Shown piece after piece: positions 29,431 to 38,787 of a stretch of DNA of 64,000 nucleotides. Position 1 is the first letter of the stretch. Every line of letters starts with the position of its first letter. Source of the stretch: Arcobacteraceae bacterium (GTDB lineage: Bacteria > Campylobacterota > Campylobacteria > Campylobacterales > Arcobacteraceae); assembly GCA_965224485.1 (NCBI GenBank), contig CBDCZH010000010.1, positions 128,001-192,000 on the forward strand. Direction: 5' to 3'. The position numbers and the translations under genes are program-made. Below the pieces are notes generated by a model. It made no database searches. It was not told where the DNA came from and worked only from the letters and a program-made list of their open reading frames with translations.

Positions 29431-29994
29431 ATGAAAAAATTAAATTTAATCTTAATAATTACAGCATTAATAATAACAAATATACAAGCAAACTATTATT
29501 TTCCATTAGATGTAAATGAGGAGGTCAATAAGAATTATATCGATGAAAAAAACCAAGAACAAGACGGACGCTTAGACGCATTAGAGCTACTTAATGGTGG
29601 TGGTTCAACAGATTTAACAACAGTAAATGAAAATATTGCTAATAACTCTACAAGGTTGGATTCAAAAGATATAGTAGATAATAGTCAAAATAGTAAAATT
29701 TCTAATAATACAAAGTCTATAGAATCATTGAAAAAATCATTAATTAATGAACGTAAATTTACACGTAAGCTTGTTAATAAAGCTACATCTATGACTATTG
29801 CCATGTCTTCATCATTTCAGTTTCAAAACTCTAATAGAAGCTTTAATTTTGCGGTTGGAGCATATAATAATGAATATGCAATAAGTTCAGGAATAGCATT
29901 TAAAATTAAACAAAATACAGTTATAAGTATGAAAATAGCAACTGATTCTTCATTTAATGTAGGAGCATCAATAGCAGTAGCCGTAAACTTTTAA
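29431..29994 (+). CDS. Minimal trimeric autotransporter (YadA-like anchor, short stalk, no head)
   Basis: Signal peptide; IANNS/ISNNT Asn-core coiled coil; AMSS linker; four beta strands FAVGAYNNEYAISSGIAF..; terminal F. Confidence 0.75.
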   Translation: MKKLNLILIITALIITNIQANYYFPLDVNEEVNKNYIDEKNQEQDGRLDALELLNGGGSTDLTTVNENIANNSTRLDSKDIVDNSQNSKISNNTKSIESLKKSLINERKFTRKLVNKATSMTIAMSSSFQFQNSNRSFNFAVGAYNNEYAISSGIAFKIKQNTVISMKIATDSSFNVGASIAVAVNF

Positions 29995-30173
29995 TGTAAA
30001 AAATAACTCTTAAAACTCTCAAAAATGACTAAATCAGGTAAATTAAAATTTTACCTTTTTTAAACAATCACCATTTTAAGCCATTTATAAAAAGAATTCA
30101 TAAAATAATTAAGTTTATTTCCAACTTTTAAAACTTTAATTTATACTATAGGTAGAAAAGAAAAAGGCTTAAA

Positions 30174-30290
30174 ATGTATGAAATTGAAAGAAAACAGATA
30201 ACACCAATCGCAAAATTTATTTATGCGTCAACAGCAATAATGGCTATGTATTTAGTTGTAGAATTATTAGAAATATTCTCACTAATATAA
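30174..30290 (+). CDS. 38-aa single-TM peptide (not in ORF track)
   Basis: AAAGG RBS; MYEIERKQITPIAKFIYASTAIMAMYLVVELLEIFSLI. Confidence 0.5.
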   Translation: MYEIERKQITPIAKFIYASTAIMAMYLVVELLEIFSLI

Positions 30291-30303
30291 AAAAGGAAAA
30301 TAA

Positions 30304-30747
30304 ATGATTAAAAGCATATTTAAACTAATATTTGATTTATTAAAATCACTATTTAAATTACACATTCAAAAATATTTAGTTCTCATATTCGTAATAGGAT
30401 TGATATCACCATTTTATAAATTTTTAATAACTGATATAGATTCAAATTTAAAAGAATTAATAATAGTTCAAGAGAATAAAGAACTTAACGAAATTGAAAT
30501 TATTTCTCAATGTATTAGTAAAAAAGTTATCGTTAATACTAATCTTAAAAAAGAGATATCAAACAAAAACATAAATGTTAATAGTAATAAAAACAGCTTA
30601 AGTAAGTACACAAAAAACGAATGTAATAAATTCTATATTACACATAAAAATAATACAAATATACAGAATAATTATTACAAACAATTTTTACCTTATTTGA
30701 TGGTTTTCTATTTTATATTAAGACTAATTACAAAAAGGTGGATATAA
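30304..30747 (+). CDS. Two-TM membrane protein
   Basis: Hydrophobic segments at both ends, a Cys pair in the loop; directly upstream of the FtsK-like gene. Confidence 0.6.
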   Translation: MIKSIFKLIFDLLKSLFKLHIQKYLVLIFVIGLISPFYKFLITDIDSNLKELIIVQENKELNEIEIISQCISKKVIVNTNLKKEISNKNINVNSNKNSLSKYTKNECNKFYITHKNNTNIQNNYYKQFLPYLMVFYFILRLITKRWI

Positions 30748-30749
30748 AA

Positions 30750-32900
30750 ATGGCAATTAAAAAAGAACAAGAACAAATAGAATTTGAAACAATGTCTGAA
30801 AAGCTAAGTAAGCAAAAATTTAGAACAACAGAATCATCAATAGATTTAAAATTATTCAATAATAAAGGTGAATTAAATACAAAGAGAATTAATAAACTTT
30901 CATTGTATCCAAGTTCCTTATTATTGCTTTTAATGACGTATGTATACATTAATGTATTATTTTTAATGAACAACGCTCACGCTGATTTAAACACGTTTAC
31001 TCAATGGTATATTATGAAAGATTTTGCAGATAATATATATTTAGTAGTTATAGAAAATTATACATATTCAAATTTTAATGAATACATTTTATTAGCAATT
31101 TTAATAGTATCAATTACAGTATTTATATTAATTAATAAAAGAATCAAATCAAAAATAGAAAACAAAAGATTTATAACCGAAGTACTCCACAATGTTGGGT
31201 TATCAGATAAGATTTATTTTATTAAAAGTGAAGATAAAGAAGATTATGAAAGATATGTGTTCAGAATGTATAAACACGCAAATTTCAACGGTTTAATGAC
31301 ATCATTTGAAGCCAATTCAAAAAAAGAATTTTTAATTTTAACAAAGTTCGAAGATGTGTTTTTTGAACCTGATAAAAAAGATAAATCAATCTACTATTTA
31401 AATATCATTAAAGTTCCTTTTCCAAGCATGTTTGATGAAGAAGTCGCACAATTAAATAAAGATTTAAATACTAAACACAAACAAAAAGGTAAACATATTT
31501 TAGGCTATACAAACATAGCAGTAAAAGATGTAAAAGGTCTTACACAAAAAAAAGTAGGGAATTTATTTATTGATTATTTCGATTTAGATGAAATATTAAT
31601 CCACATGTTGACAATTGGTGCAGCGGGTTCAGGTAAATCAGTTTCATTTGCAAATACTTTGAATACACATCTAAATAATCTTGATAAAACAGCTATTTTA
31701 TTTATACATGATGCAGGTTCAGTAGAGAATGTAAAAGTTCAAAAGTGGATAGATAATCATCCTCAAAAAGAATATTTATCTAAAAAAATATATACATCTT
31801 CAACACTTGATGAATTAGAAAAAATTCTTATTAAATTAAAACTTATATACGAATATAGAATTTTAACAATGAATAAAAGTGGCGATAATTTATATCAAGG
31901 TAAAATGATAATTTTAAAAGCAGATGAAGTTAATATAATGATGACAGCACTATCTGACACAACTTCAGCAATTGGAAAACAAGCTAAACGTATAGATAAA
32001 TTCATTGAAGATTTTGCATTATTATTTAGAAAAGCTCACATATATTTAGATTTTATGGGTCAATCTGATTTAGTTCAAGATAATTTTAATAGTACTGTAA
32101 AAAAACAATGTCAAATCAAGTTTGGTTTAAAAAATGATGGTTATATCGCAACAGAATTTTGTAAAATCGCACAGGAAGAATCTAATTATCATCTAAACGA
32201 ATTTAAAAAAGGTGAAGTACTTTTATATAACTCAAATAATCAAGATTACACTAAATTTCTAGGTGCTTACGTGGGTGATGATTATTTAGATAAAAATCAT
32301 TCAAAAATAACAGAAGTAGAACCTCACATTTTAGATTTAGAGATGTATGACTATGTAGAACAGTTAGAAGATAAAACTTGGGCTGAATATTTAATCGTTA
32401 TGGATAAAGAGAGAAAAGGTTTAACAAGTAAAGAATTAGAAAAATTAGACGTAGAAATCAATGATTATAAAGAGCTTCTTCAAAATAATATTAAAGAATT
32501 ATCAAAAGGTATATTTTTGCAATTAGATAAAAAAACCTTTGAATTAATTGATAAAGATAAATACAGAAAAAATAAAGACAGTAGTTATCAAATACCAAAA
32601 AAAGAAGAACCTAAAGTTTTAGATTTAGATAAAAAAGAAGAAGAAAAACCTGAAATCACAAATGATTTTAATTACATTAAAAAAGAAATATCAAAAGCAA
32701 CTGATGAAGAGACACAAATTTTCTTAGATGAATCAGAGGAAGAACAATACCAAATAGAAAATAATAATATTGATTTAGATGAAGAATTATTAGAAGATTT
32801 TGATGATGAAGATTTAGCATTAAATAAGTTTATTTTAGAAAAAGAAAAAGAGTTAAAAAATAAAAATAAAATAGTAGATACTGAAGATTTAACATTTTAG
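30750..32900 (+). CDS. Membrane-anchored FtsK/SpoIIIE (TcpA/TraB-like) DNA translocase
   Basis: Two N-terminal TMs; HMLTIGAAGSGKS; IYEYR; IILKADE; FRKAHIYLDFMGQ; acidic tail. Confidence 0.75.
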   Translation: MAIKKEQEQIEFETMSEKLSKQKFRTTESSIDLKLFNNKGELNTKRINKLSLYPSSLLLLLMTYVYINVLFLMNNAHADLNTFTQWYIMKDFADNIYLVVIENYTYSNFNEYILLAILIVSITVFILINKRIKSKIENKRFITEVLHNVGLSDKIYFIKSEDKEDYERYVFRMYKHANFNGLMTSFEANSKKEFLILTKFEDVFFEPDKKDKSIYYLNIIKVPFPSMFDEEVAQLNKDLNTKHKQKGKHILGYTNIAVKDVKGLTQKKVGNLFIDYFDLDEILIHMLTIGAAGSGKSVSFANTLNTHLNNLDKTAILFIHDAGSVENVKVQKWIDNHPQKEYLSKKIYTSSTLDELEKILIKLKLIYEYRILTMNKSGDNLYQGKMIILKADEVNIMMTALSDTTSAIGKQAKRIDKFIEDFALLFRKAHIYLDFMGQSDLVQDNFNSTVKKQCQIKFGLKNDGYIATEFCKIAQEESNYHLNEFKKGEVLLYNSNNQDYTKFLGAYVGDDYLDKNHSKITEVEPHILDLEMYDYVEQLEDKTWAEYLIVMDKERKGLTSKELEKLDVEINDYKELLQNNIKELSKGIFLQLDKKTFELIDKDKYRKNKDSSYQIPKKEEPKVLDLDKKEEEKPEITNDFNYIKKEISKATDEETQIFLDESEEEQYQIENNNIDLDEELLEDFDDEDLALNKFILEKEKELKNKNKIVDTEDLTF

Positions 32901-32978
32901 ATATCGTTTCATTATTAATCTTTATAATATCAGGACAAAGGGTTTAATAGCCCTTATCTCAATAAAAAGGTATATATA

Positions 32979-33989
32979 ATGAATGAAGAAGAATTAAATA
33001 AAACAATAGTACGCATGATAAGAGAAGATAAAGTATTAGTTCAACAAATCAATGCATTAAATGATTACGGTATTGAATTTAATGAAATGACAACAAATGT
33101 TTATGAAAGAGTTGAAGATTATCAATTTTATAGAGAGATAAGTATTCAATATCTTAATCCTAAATTTACAAAATCATTCTTAAATAGAAAACAAATCTCA
33201 AATATTGATTTTGAATATAAAGACTATCAAATTGTTATTAATAGTTTAGAATCAGAAGAATTCACATTAGATAATAAACTATTGTATGACAGAATAGAAA
33301 CTATGAAATCTCAAATGAAATCATTAAATCTTGATGATGATGAAAGTGAAACTAGTCCTTCAAAACTTTTAGAAAAAGAGCAAGATAATATTGATGAATT
33401 AAAAGAACAGAATCTAATTAATACAAGAAAATTAAAAAATGAAATAGAAGATACTTTAAATTTTATGTTGCAAGATTTAAAAAGAGATACTGAAAATTTA
33501 GTAGAAGATATTCATGATGTTATTGAAGCATATAATAAGAAAAAAGGTAATGATTTAACTATTTTAGAAGAACTTAAAAACTATTTTAGTTCAAGAGTTA
33601 AAAAACAAGTAGCTAAAACTTTTACGAATTCTTACAAGTTTAAAGTTAATGCATTAAAAGTAAAAATCAGAGGTTGTACTGCAAGAATAATTTCTAAAAA
33701 GAATTCTATGTCAAGTAAAAATATTTTCGATTGGTTTTCAATTATTGATGAAATTAAACAAATAAAATTAGAACGTGATATTACAAAAGATAAATATAAA
33801 ATGATGAAAAATTCTTTACCTTATTTTATCGAAGAATTAGAAGAATTGATTAGTATGAAATTTGATGAACTATTGTTTTATAAATTCTCTGTTGCTGAAA
33901 ATAAAAAAGAGGTAAGAATCTCTAAAACAGAACTCTATAAAATATCGCTTCATGATTATAATAATCTTGTAAATAAATATCAAATTTAG
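32979..33989 (+). CDS. Coiled-coil hypothetical protein
   Basis: 336 aa, heptad-rich; AAAGG RBS. Confidence 0.6.
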   Translation: MNEEELNKTIVRMIREDKVLVQQINALNDYGIEFNEMTTNVYERVEDYQFYREISIQYLNPKFTKSFLNRKQISNIDFEYKDYQIVINSLESEEFTLDNKLLYDRIETMKSQMKSLNLDDDESETSPSKLLEKEQDNIDELKEQNLINTRKLKNEIEDTLNFMLQDLKRDTENLVEDIHDVIEAYNKKKGNDLTILEELKNYFSSRVKKQVAKTFTNSYKFKVNALKVKIRGCTARIISKKNSMSSKNIFDWFSIIDEIKQIKLERDITKDKYKMMKNSLPYFIEELEELISMKFDELLFYKFSVAENKKEVRISKTELYKISLHDYNNLVNKYQI

Positions 33990-34157
33990 CTTTTAAAACT
34001 CTCAAAAACAACAAATTAGGTAAGTGTAAAAATCTTATCTAATTTAACAATCCCTATTTAAAGCCATTTCTAAAAAACATTTAAAAATAATTAATATTAA
34101 TACTCACTTTTTAAAAGTTCTATTTATACTTATAGAAACAAACAAAAGGATTCAATT

Positions 34158-34250
34158 ATGAATAGAAATCAAGACAGTTATTCAAGCCCAAGTTTTCAAG
34201 CAAATGATAAAAAAAGAAGAGCTTTAAAAAGAGCTTTTAAATCAGAATAA
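34158..34250 (+). CDS. 30-aa basic peptide (not in ORF track)
   Basis: AAAGGA RBS; lies between a repeated promoter block and a repeated hairpin. Confidence 0.4.
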   Translation: MNRNQDSYSSPSFQANDKKRRALKRAFKSE

Positions 34251-34396
34251 GAATTAAAACAATAAAGAGAAGCGTAAAAACTTCTTTTTTCTATCAATAA
34301 CACTCATAATCATCAAATAAGCTTACTTATACAACTTTAATTAAACAATCTTCTCATTATTCATATAATAAACAAAAGAGCTATAAGGAGCTAATT

Positions 34397-34672
34397 ATGT
34401 TTAAAATTATTAAGTATTATTATTATGGAATCAAAAAAATCATTCAAGCATTTAAAGACATAGATAAAATAAAATTTAAGCGTTATGAATTATCATCTAA
34501 AAGATTAAGTGAACTCAAAAAGTATGTAAAAGAGAATCAAAGTGAAGAATATGAATACATTGTATTAACTATAGAACAGTATCAAAAACACAATAATGAT
34601 TACTTAAACGCATATCTTAATAAAATCTATTATTACTATCATAATAATAAAAAGAATTCAAAAAATAATTAA
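34397..34672 (+). CDS. Hypothetical protein
   Basis: AAGGAG RBS. Confidence 0.55.
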   Translation: MFKIIKYYYYGIKKIIQAFKDIDKIKFKRYELSSKRLSELKKYVKENQSEEYEYIVLTIEQYQKHNNDYLNAYLNKIYYYYHNNKKNSKNN

Positions 34673-34746
34673 GAAATAACTCTTAAAACTTTCAAAACTT
34701 TTATAATCTTTTATGTAGTTAACAAAAACAAAATAAAGGATTCTAC

Positions 34747-35103
34747 ATGAATAAAACAAAAAAAACAGTAGCAGTATTATTAAGTTTAAGTGCATTAAGT
34801 TTAAGTGCAAATTGTATCGATATGACAAATAATTTAATCTGTGAATTTGACGATGAAACTATTAAAAGTTCTCATAAAATTGATGGTATAAAATATTTGT
34901 TAGGTAAAAATAAAAAAGTTGAAAGTATGGAAGTTAATTTAACAAATAAAGATAAAACGATATATCTTAATTTATCAACTTACCCAAATTTAAAATCATT
35001 AAAATTGACTAAAAACCCCACTTCTAAAGTATATATAAAATTTCGTAGCATAATGATTCAAATAGAAGATAAAAAAGTAGAGCTAGAAAATTCCAAATAT
35101 TAA
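34747..35103 (+). CDS. Exported hypothetical protein
   Basis: Signal peptide ending LSLSA; Cys pair. Confidence 0.55.
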   Translation: MNKTKKTVAVLLSLSALSLSANCIDMTNNLICEFDDETIKSSHKIDGIKYLLGKNKKVESMEVNLTNKDKTIYLNLSTYPNLKSLKLTKNPTSKVYIKFRSIMIQIEDKKVELENSKY

Positions 35104-35233
35104 AGTATATTTCTTATTCTTAAATATAAAGCATTTTATAACGTTTTCACATATGTAGAAATATTATATTTAATGTATTCATTTAGGTAAAATACTATAA
35201 AATAATTGTTCAATATATTAAAAAAGGTTATAT

Positions 35234-35962
35234 ATGAATAGTGCAGGTAGATTACATAAATTATTATGTCATTTTGTAAGTGGAAATGTTGTTTTCGAAA
35301 CTGTTTTTAGAGAGAAATATTCTATTGATACTACAAATAGAATTGAAGTAATAAGTTTTGTGTATGCTATAAATAAAGAAATAGAACAATTATATAAAGA
35401 TTTAGAAACAATCAATAAGCACAATAAATATAAAAAAGATATAGATAAACTTTACACAATATTTGATACACGTCCAATTAATACAAATATCAATGGAATT
35501 CTAAGTACTGTTGAAATTGGAAAATTAATAGTGAGGTTAGAAAGTTTAGAAGATTTACTTGAAAGTTCAAATATTTCTGAAAATATGCTTGAAGAAGAAA
35601 AAATATCAGATATCTTAAATTCACTTGATTTACTAATTGAAAAACTTACTGAATTAAATGGTGAAGAATCCGTATATATATCCAAAATATTAAAAGAAAT
35701 AATATCTAATTTAAAAACATATAAAGTGAATGGAATTAAAACAATAGAGAAATCTTTAGAAAAATTATTTTGTAAATCAAAATTTATTTTAGAGTATTTA
35801 CCTGACGAGTATAAAAAAGATTTTAATTCTTTACTTGGTAATTTATATGGAATATGGACTCTAACAAAAAAATACGGGAAAAAACCAATTGAATATGCAA
35901 AAAAACAATTTGATGAAAAGCAATTAGAAGAAACAATACTTGATGCAGAAATTCAAGAATAA
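35234..35962 (+). CDS. Hypothetical cargo protein
   Basis: 242-aa helical ORF upstream of the DUF2971 gene. Confidence 0.55.
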   Translation: MNSAGRLHKLLCHFVSGNVVFETVFREKYSIDTTNRIEVISFVYAINKEIEQLYKDLETINKHNKYKKDIDKLYTIFDTRPINTNINGILSTVEIGKLIVRLESLEDLLESSNISENMLEEEKISDILNSLDLLIEKLTELNGEESVYISKILKEIISNLKTYKVNGIKTIEKSLEKLFCKSKFILEYLPDEYKKDFNSLLGNLYGIWTLTKKYGKKPIEYAKKQFDEKQLEETILDAEIQE

Positions 35963-35982
35963 ATTTAATTATTAAGTTAGGA

Positions 35983-36939
35983 ATGTTAAAAATGAATAAA
36001 AAAGAATTTATAAAAATATTTACAAGTGGTTTAAGAAAATTAAATAAAAAAGATGTTGATGCAAATTATTTAATGCAATTGAAATATGAAAATTTACCAA
36101 ACTCATTATTTAAATACTGTAGTTTTGATGAAAATAATCGTAATGTGAGTAATCTTAAAAAAGATATTGTGTGGATGAATAGTCCCCTAAACTTTAATGA
36201 CCCCTACGAATTTACTTATAGTGTAAATTTAGAAAAAGTATTAGCACATGAATATTCTAATAAAATAAATATTTTTGCAGACGTACATATAAGAGATTTT
36301 TCAGTAGATGACTTAAACAAAATGGTTAATGATAGTAATACTTATGATGTAATTATTGAGAACTTACTGAAGGCAGGAAAAATTACAAAAGCAAAGATAG
36401 AAGATTTTGAAGCAAAATATATTGGCGTGATTAAACAATCAATAGATAGCGATGATATTAAAAAAATGTATAAAGTATCATCATTTGCAGAAAAAAATGA
36501 TTTATTATTAATGTGGAGTCATTATGCACAAAATCATACTGGATTTTGTATTGAGTATGATATAAATTCTTTACCATTTGATAGTCTAATAACAGAACGT
36601 TTATATCCAATAGTTTATAGTGATGAACTATTTGACACCACTGATTATTATTTACAAGAAAAGGATAAAACACAAAATATTGATTATTTACTTGAAGGAA
36701 TGCTAAGGAAATCTTTAGAGTGGGAGTATGAAAAAGAATGGAGGTTGGTTGTATTAGATACTTCAGAGGTAGGAGTAGAGTTTAATATGCCAAAAGCAAA
36801 ATCAATATATTTGGGTTCAGAATTTGATGTAGATAATCTTAATAAACTTTATAATTTCTGTAAAGACAATAACATTAATTTATATCATATGAAATTAGAT
36901 AAATCCGAATATAAATTAACACCAAAAAAATTAATATAA
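35983..36939 (+). CDS. DUF2971 domain protein
   Basis: LFKY, FNDPYE, MWSHYAQNHTGFCIEYD and KSLEWEYEKEWR motifs. Confidence 0.8.
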   Translation: MLKMNKKEFIKIFTSGLRKLNKKDVDANYLMQLKYENLPNSLFKYCSFDENNRNVSNLKKDIVWMNSPLNFNDPYEFTYSVNLEKVLAHEYSNKINIFADVHIRDFSVDDLNKMVNDSNTYDVIIENLLKAGKITKAKIEDFEAKYIGVIKQSIDSDDIKKMYKVSSFAEKNDLLLMWSHYAQNHTGFCIEYDINSLPFDSLITERLYPIVYSDELFDTTDYYLQEKDKTQNIDYLLEGMLRKSLEWEYEKEWRLVVLDTSEVGVEFNMPKAKSIYLGSEFDVDNLNKLYNFCKDNNINLYHMKLDKSEYKLTPKKLI

Positions 36940-37290
36940 CCCAATTTGAACCAAAATGAACAAGTTTAACTGGTCTAAAAAAATGTCAATTTTGATTTCT
37001 GACTTTTAAGACCCACCAAATAAACTGTACTGACACTAAGCACTATAGGGAAGGTATAATAATGTTTAAAGTCAAAAGTATAAACAGAACAATTAATTAT
37101 ATAAAAGTTCTTAAAAACGATGTAGTAGTATTCTATAAGCTATTTAATATAAACTCAAATCAATTTTTCGCAGAACATGTATAATTTTATAGATTTAGCG
37201 ATTCATTTAAAAAGTAAATAATATAATATATCTATGTTAGACATAAAAATCTAGCATACATTCATTTAGTCATTTTGTTAAAACATTAGA

Positions 37291-38402
37291 CCTCTTTTCA
37301 CACTTAAAGTGCAACATAGAGTAATGTAAGATGTAAGGCTGATTGATATACAATTTAAGCTCAATATCTTGCAGGATAAATGGAGCATTAAATGGAAAAG
37401 TATAAACAATTAACCTTAGGTTTAAGGTATCAAATATTTGCTTATAAAAACGAAAATTATACACAATCTAAAATTGCAGAGTTACTAGGTGTTAATAAAT
37501 CAACCATATCAAGAGAGCTTAAAAGAAATAGTAACAATGATTACTACAGTCCTGAGGATGCTCATATAAGTGCTGTCTCTAGAGACAAGTTTAAAGATAG
37601 GTATCACAAGATAACAAAGAAGTTAAAACTAAAGATTGGCAAGTTATTAAAAGAAGGATTATCTCCTGAGCAATTAACAGGAAGACTAAAACTACATAAA
37701 ATAGCTAATATATCTTATGAAACAGTATATAGGTATATTTATGCAAATCAAATAAGTGGTGGAAGATTATATAAATATTTAAGACATAAGAACAAAAAGT
37801 ATGGAAATAGAAGTAGTCAATATAAAACAAGAGGTCAAATAAAGAATAGAGTTAATATAAGTCAACGAGCTAAAATAATTGAGACTAAAACTAGATTTGG
37901 AGACTTTGAAGTAGATACTATTATTGGGAAAGACCATAAAGGTGCAATTGTTACATTAGTAGATAGAAAGAGTAAGTTTACACTAATGAGGATAGTTGAA
38001 TCAAAACAAGCTGGTGCAGTTACGCAAGCTATTATAGAGTTGTTATATCCAATAAGGAATTTAGTTCATACCATTACATCAGATAATGGCAAAGAGTTTT
38101 CTTATCATGAAGAAATAGCAAAAGAATTAAATATAAAGTTTTATTTTTGTGATCCTTATTCATCTTGGCAAAGAGGATTAAATGAACATACAAATGGATT
38201 GGTGAGAGAATATATTCCTAAAAAATCAAGCTTTGAGAATGTAAATAATACTCAAATACTTATAATACAAAACAGGTTAAATAATAGACCAAGAAAGATA
38301 CTAAAATATTATACTCCGAATGAGATATTTTTGAAGGAAGTTTCAAGAAAGATGGTGGCATAATTTTGCCTATATTTGTTGCACTTTAGAGTTGAATTGG
38401 CG
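37291..38402 (+). mobile_element. IS30-family insertion sequence
   Basis: Imperfect 26-bp TIRs sharing TTCA-N4-TAAAGTGCAACA; AGA flanks both ends (37288-37290, 38403-38405). Confidence 0.85.
37392..38363 (+). CDS. IS30 transposase
   Basis: STISRELKRN, GDFEVDTI, ITSDNGKEF, WQRGLNEHTNG and LNNRPRK motifs. Confidence 0.95.
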   Translation: MEKYKQLTLGLRYQIFAYKNENYTQSKIAELLGVNKSTISRELKRNSNNDYYSPEDAHISAVSRDKFKDRYHKITKKLKLKIGKLLKEGLSPEQLTGRLKLHKIANISYETVYRYIYANQISGGRLYKYLRHKNKKYGNRSSQYKTRGQIKNRVNISQRAKIIETKTRFGDFEVDTIIGKDHKGAIVTLVDRKSKFTLMRIVESKQAGAVTQAIIELLYPIRNLVHTITSDNGKEFSYHEEIAKELNIKFYFCDPYSSWQRGLNEHTNGLVREYIPKKSSFENVNNTQILIIQNRLNNRPRKILKYYTPNEIFLKEVSRKMVA

Positions 38403-38587
38403 AGATTAGTAAGAATAAAAAAAATTAAGCCTTTTATAAAAATTCTTACTAGTTTATTAATTCATGTAAAAAAAAATCATAAAATAATAAAATCTCTTAG
38501 AAAACTCTTTAAATTGTTGAATACTGTAGAAAAATTGTGTTTTTAACATGAAAAATATTGGAAAGTACTATAAATAGGGATTTAAAA

Positions 38588-38671
38588 TGGTGCACCTGAG
38601 AAGATTTGAACTTCCACTCCGTTAAGAACGAGCCCCTCAAGCCCGCGCGTCTACCGTTCCGCCACAGATGC
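38588..38671 (-). tRNA. tRNA-Leu(GAG)
   Basis: GCATCTG..GGTAGACG..CGGGC-TTGAGGG-GCTCG, long variable arm, GTTCAAAT T-loop, CAGGTGC-ACCA. Confidence 0.95.
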
Positions 38672-38746
38672 AAATATAAATAGATTTGAATACTACACTT
38701 AAGCTACTTAATTAAAAATTAATTTGCTAGTATTCTTTTGGGTATT

Positions 38747-38774
38747 GATAAAAAGAGCAAAAGCTCTTTTTATC
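38747..38774 (-). terminator. Intrinsic terminator of the MCP gene
   Basis: gataaaaagagc-aaaa-gctctttttatc. Confidence 0.7.
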
Positions 38775-38787
38775 TTTTGTCTTTCTT

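Larger units (their letters stand above)
13547..38616. mobile_element. ~25 kb integrative element at tRNA-Leu (Int + HUH Rep + FtsK-like ATPase)
   Basis: 29-bp direct repeat, adjacent tyrosine integrase, mostly co-oriented unknown ORFs. Confidence 0.9.

Noticed and set aside
13547..38616. Tailed prophage or classical T4SS ICE
   Set aside because: No recognisable terminase, portal, capsid, tail, lysin, VirB4 or MOB-family relaxase motifs
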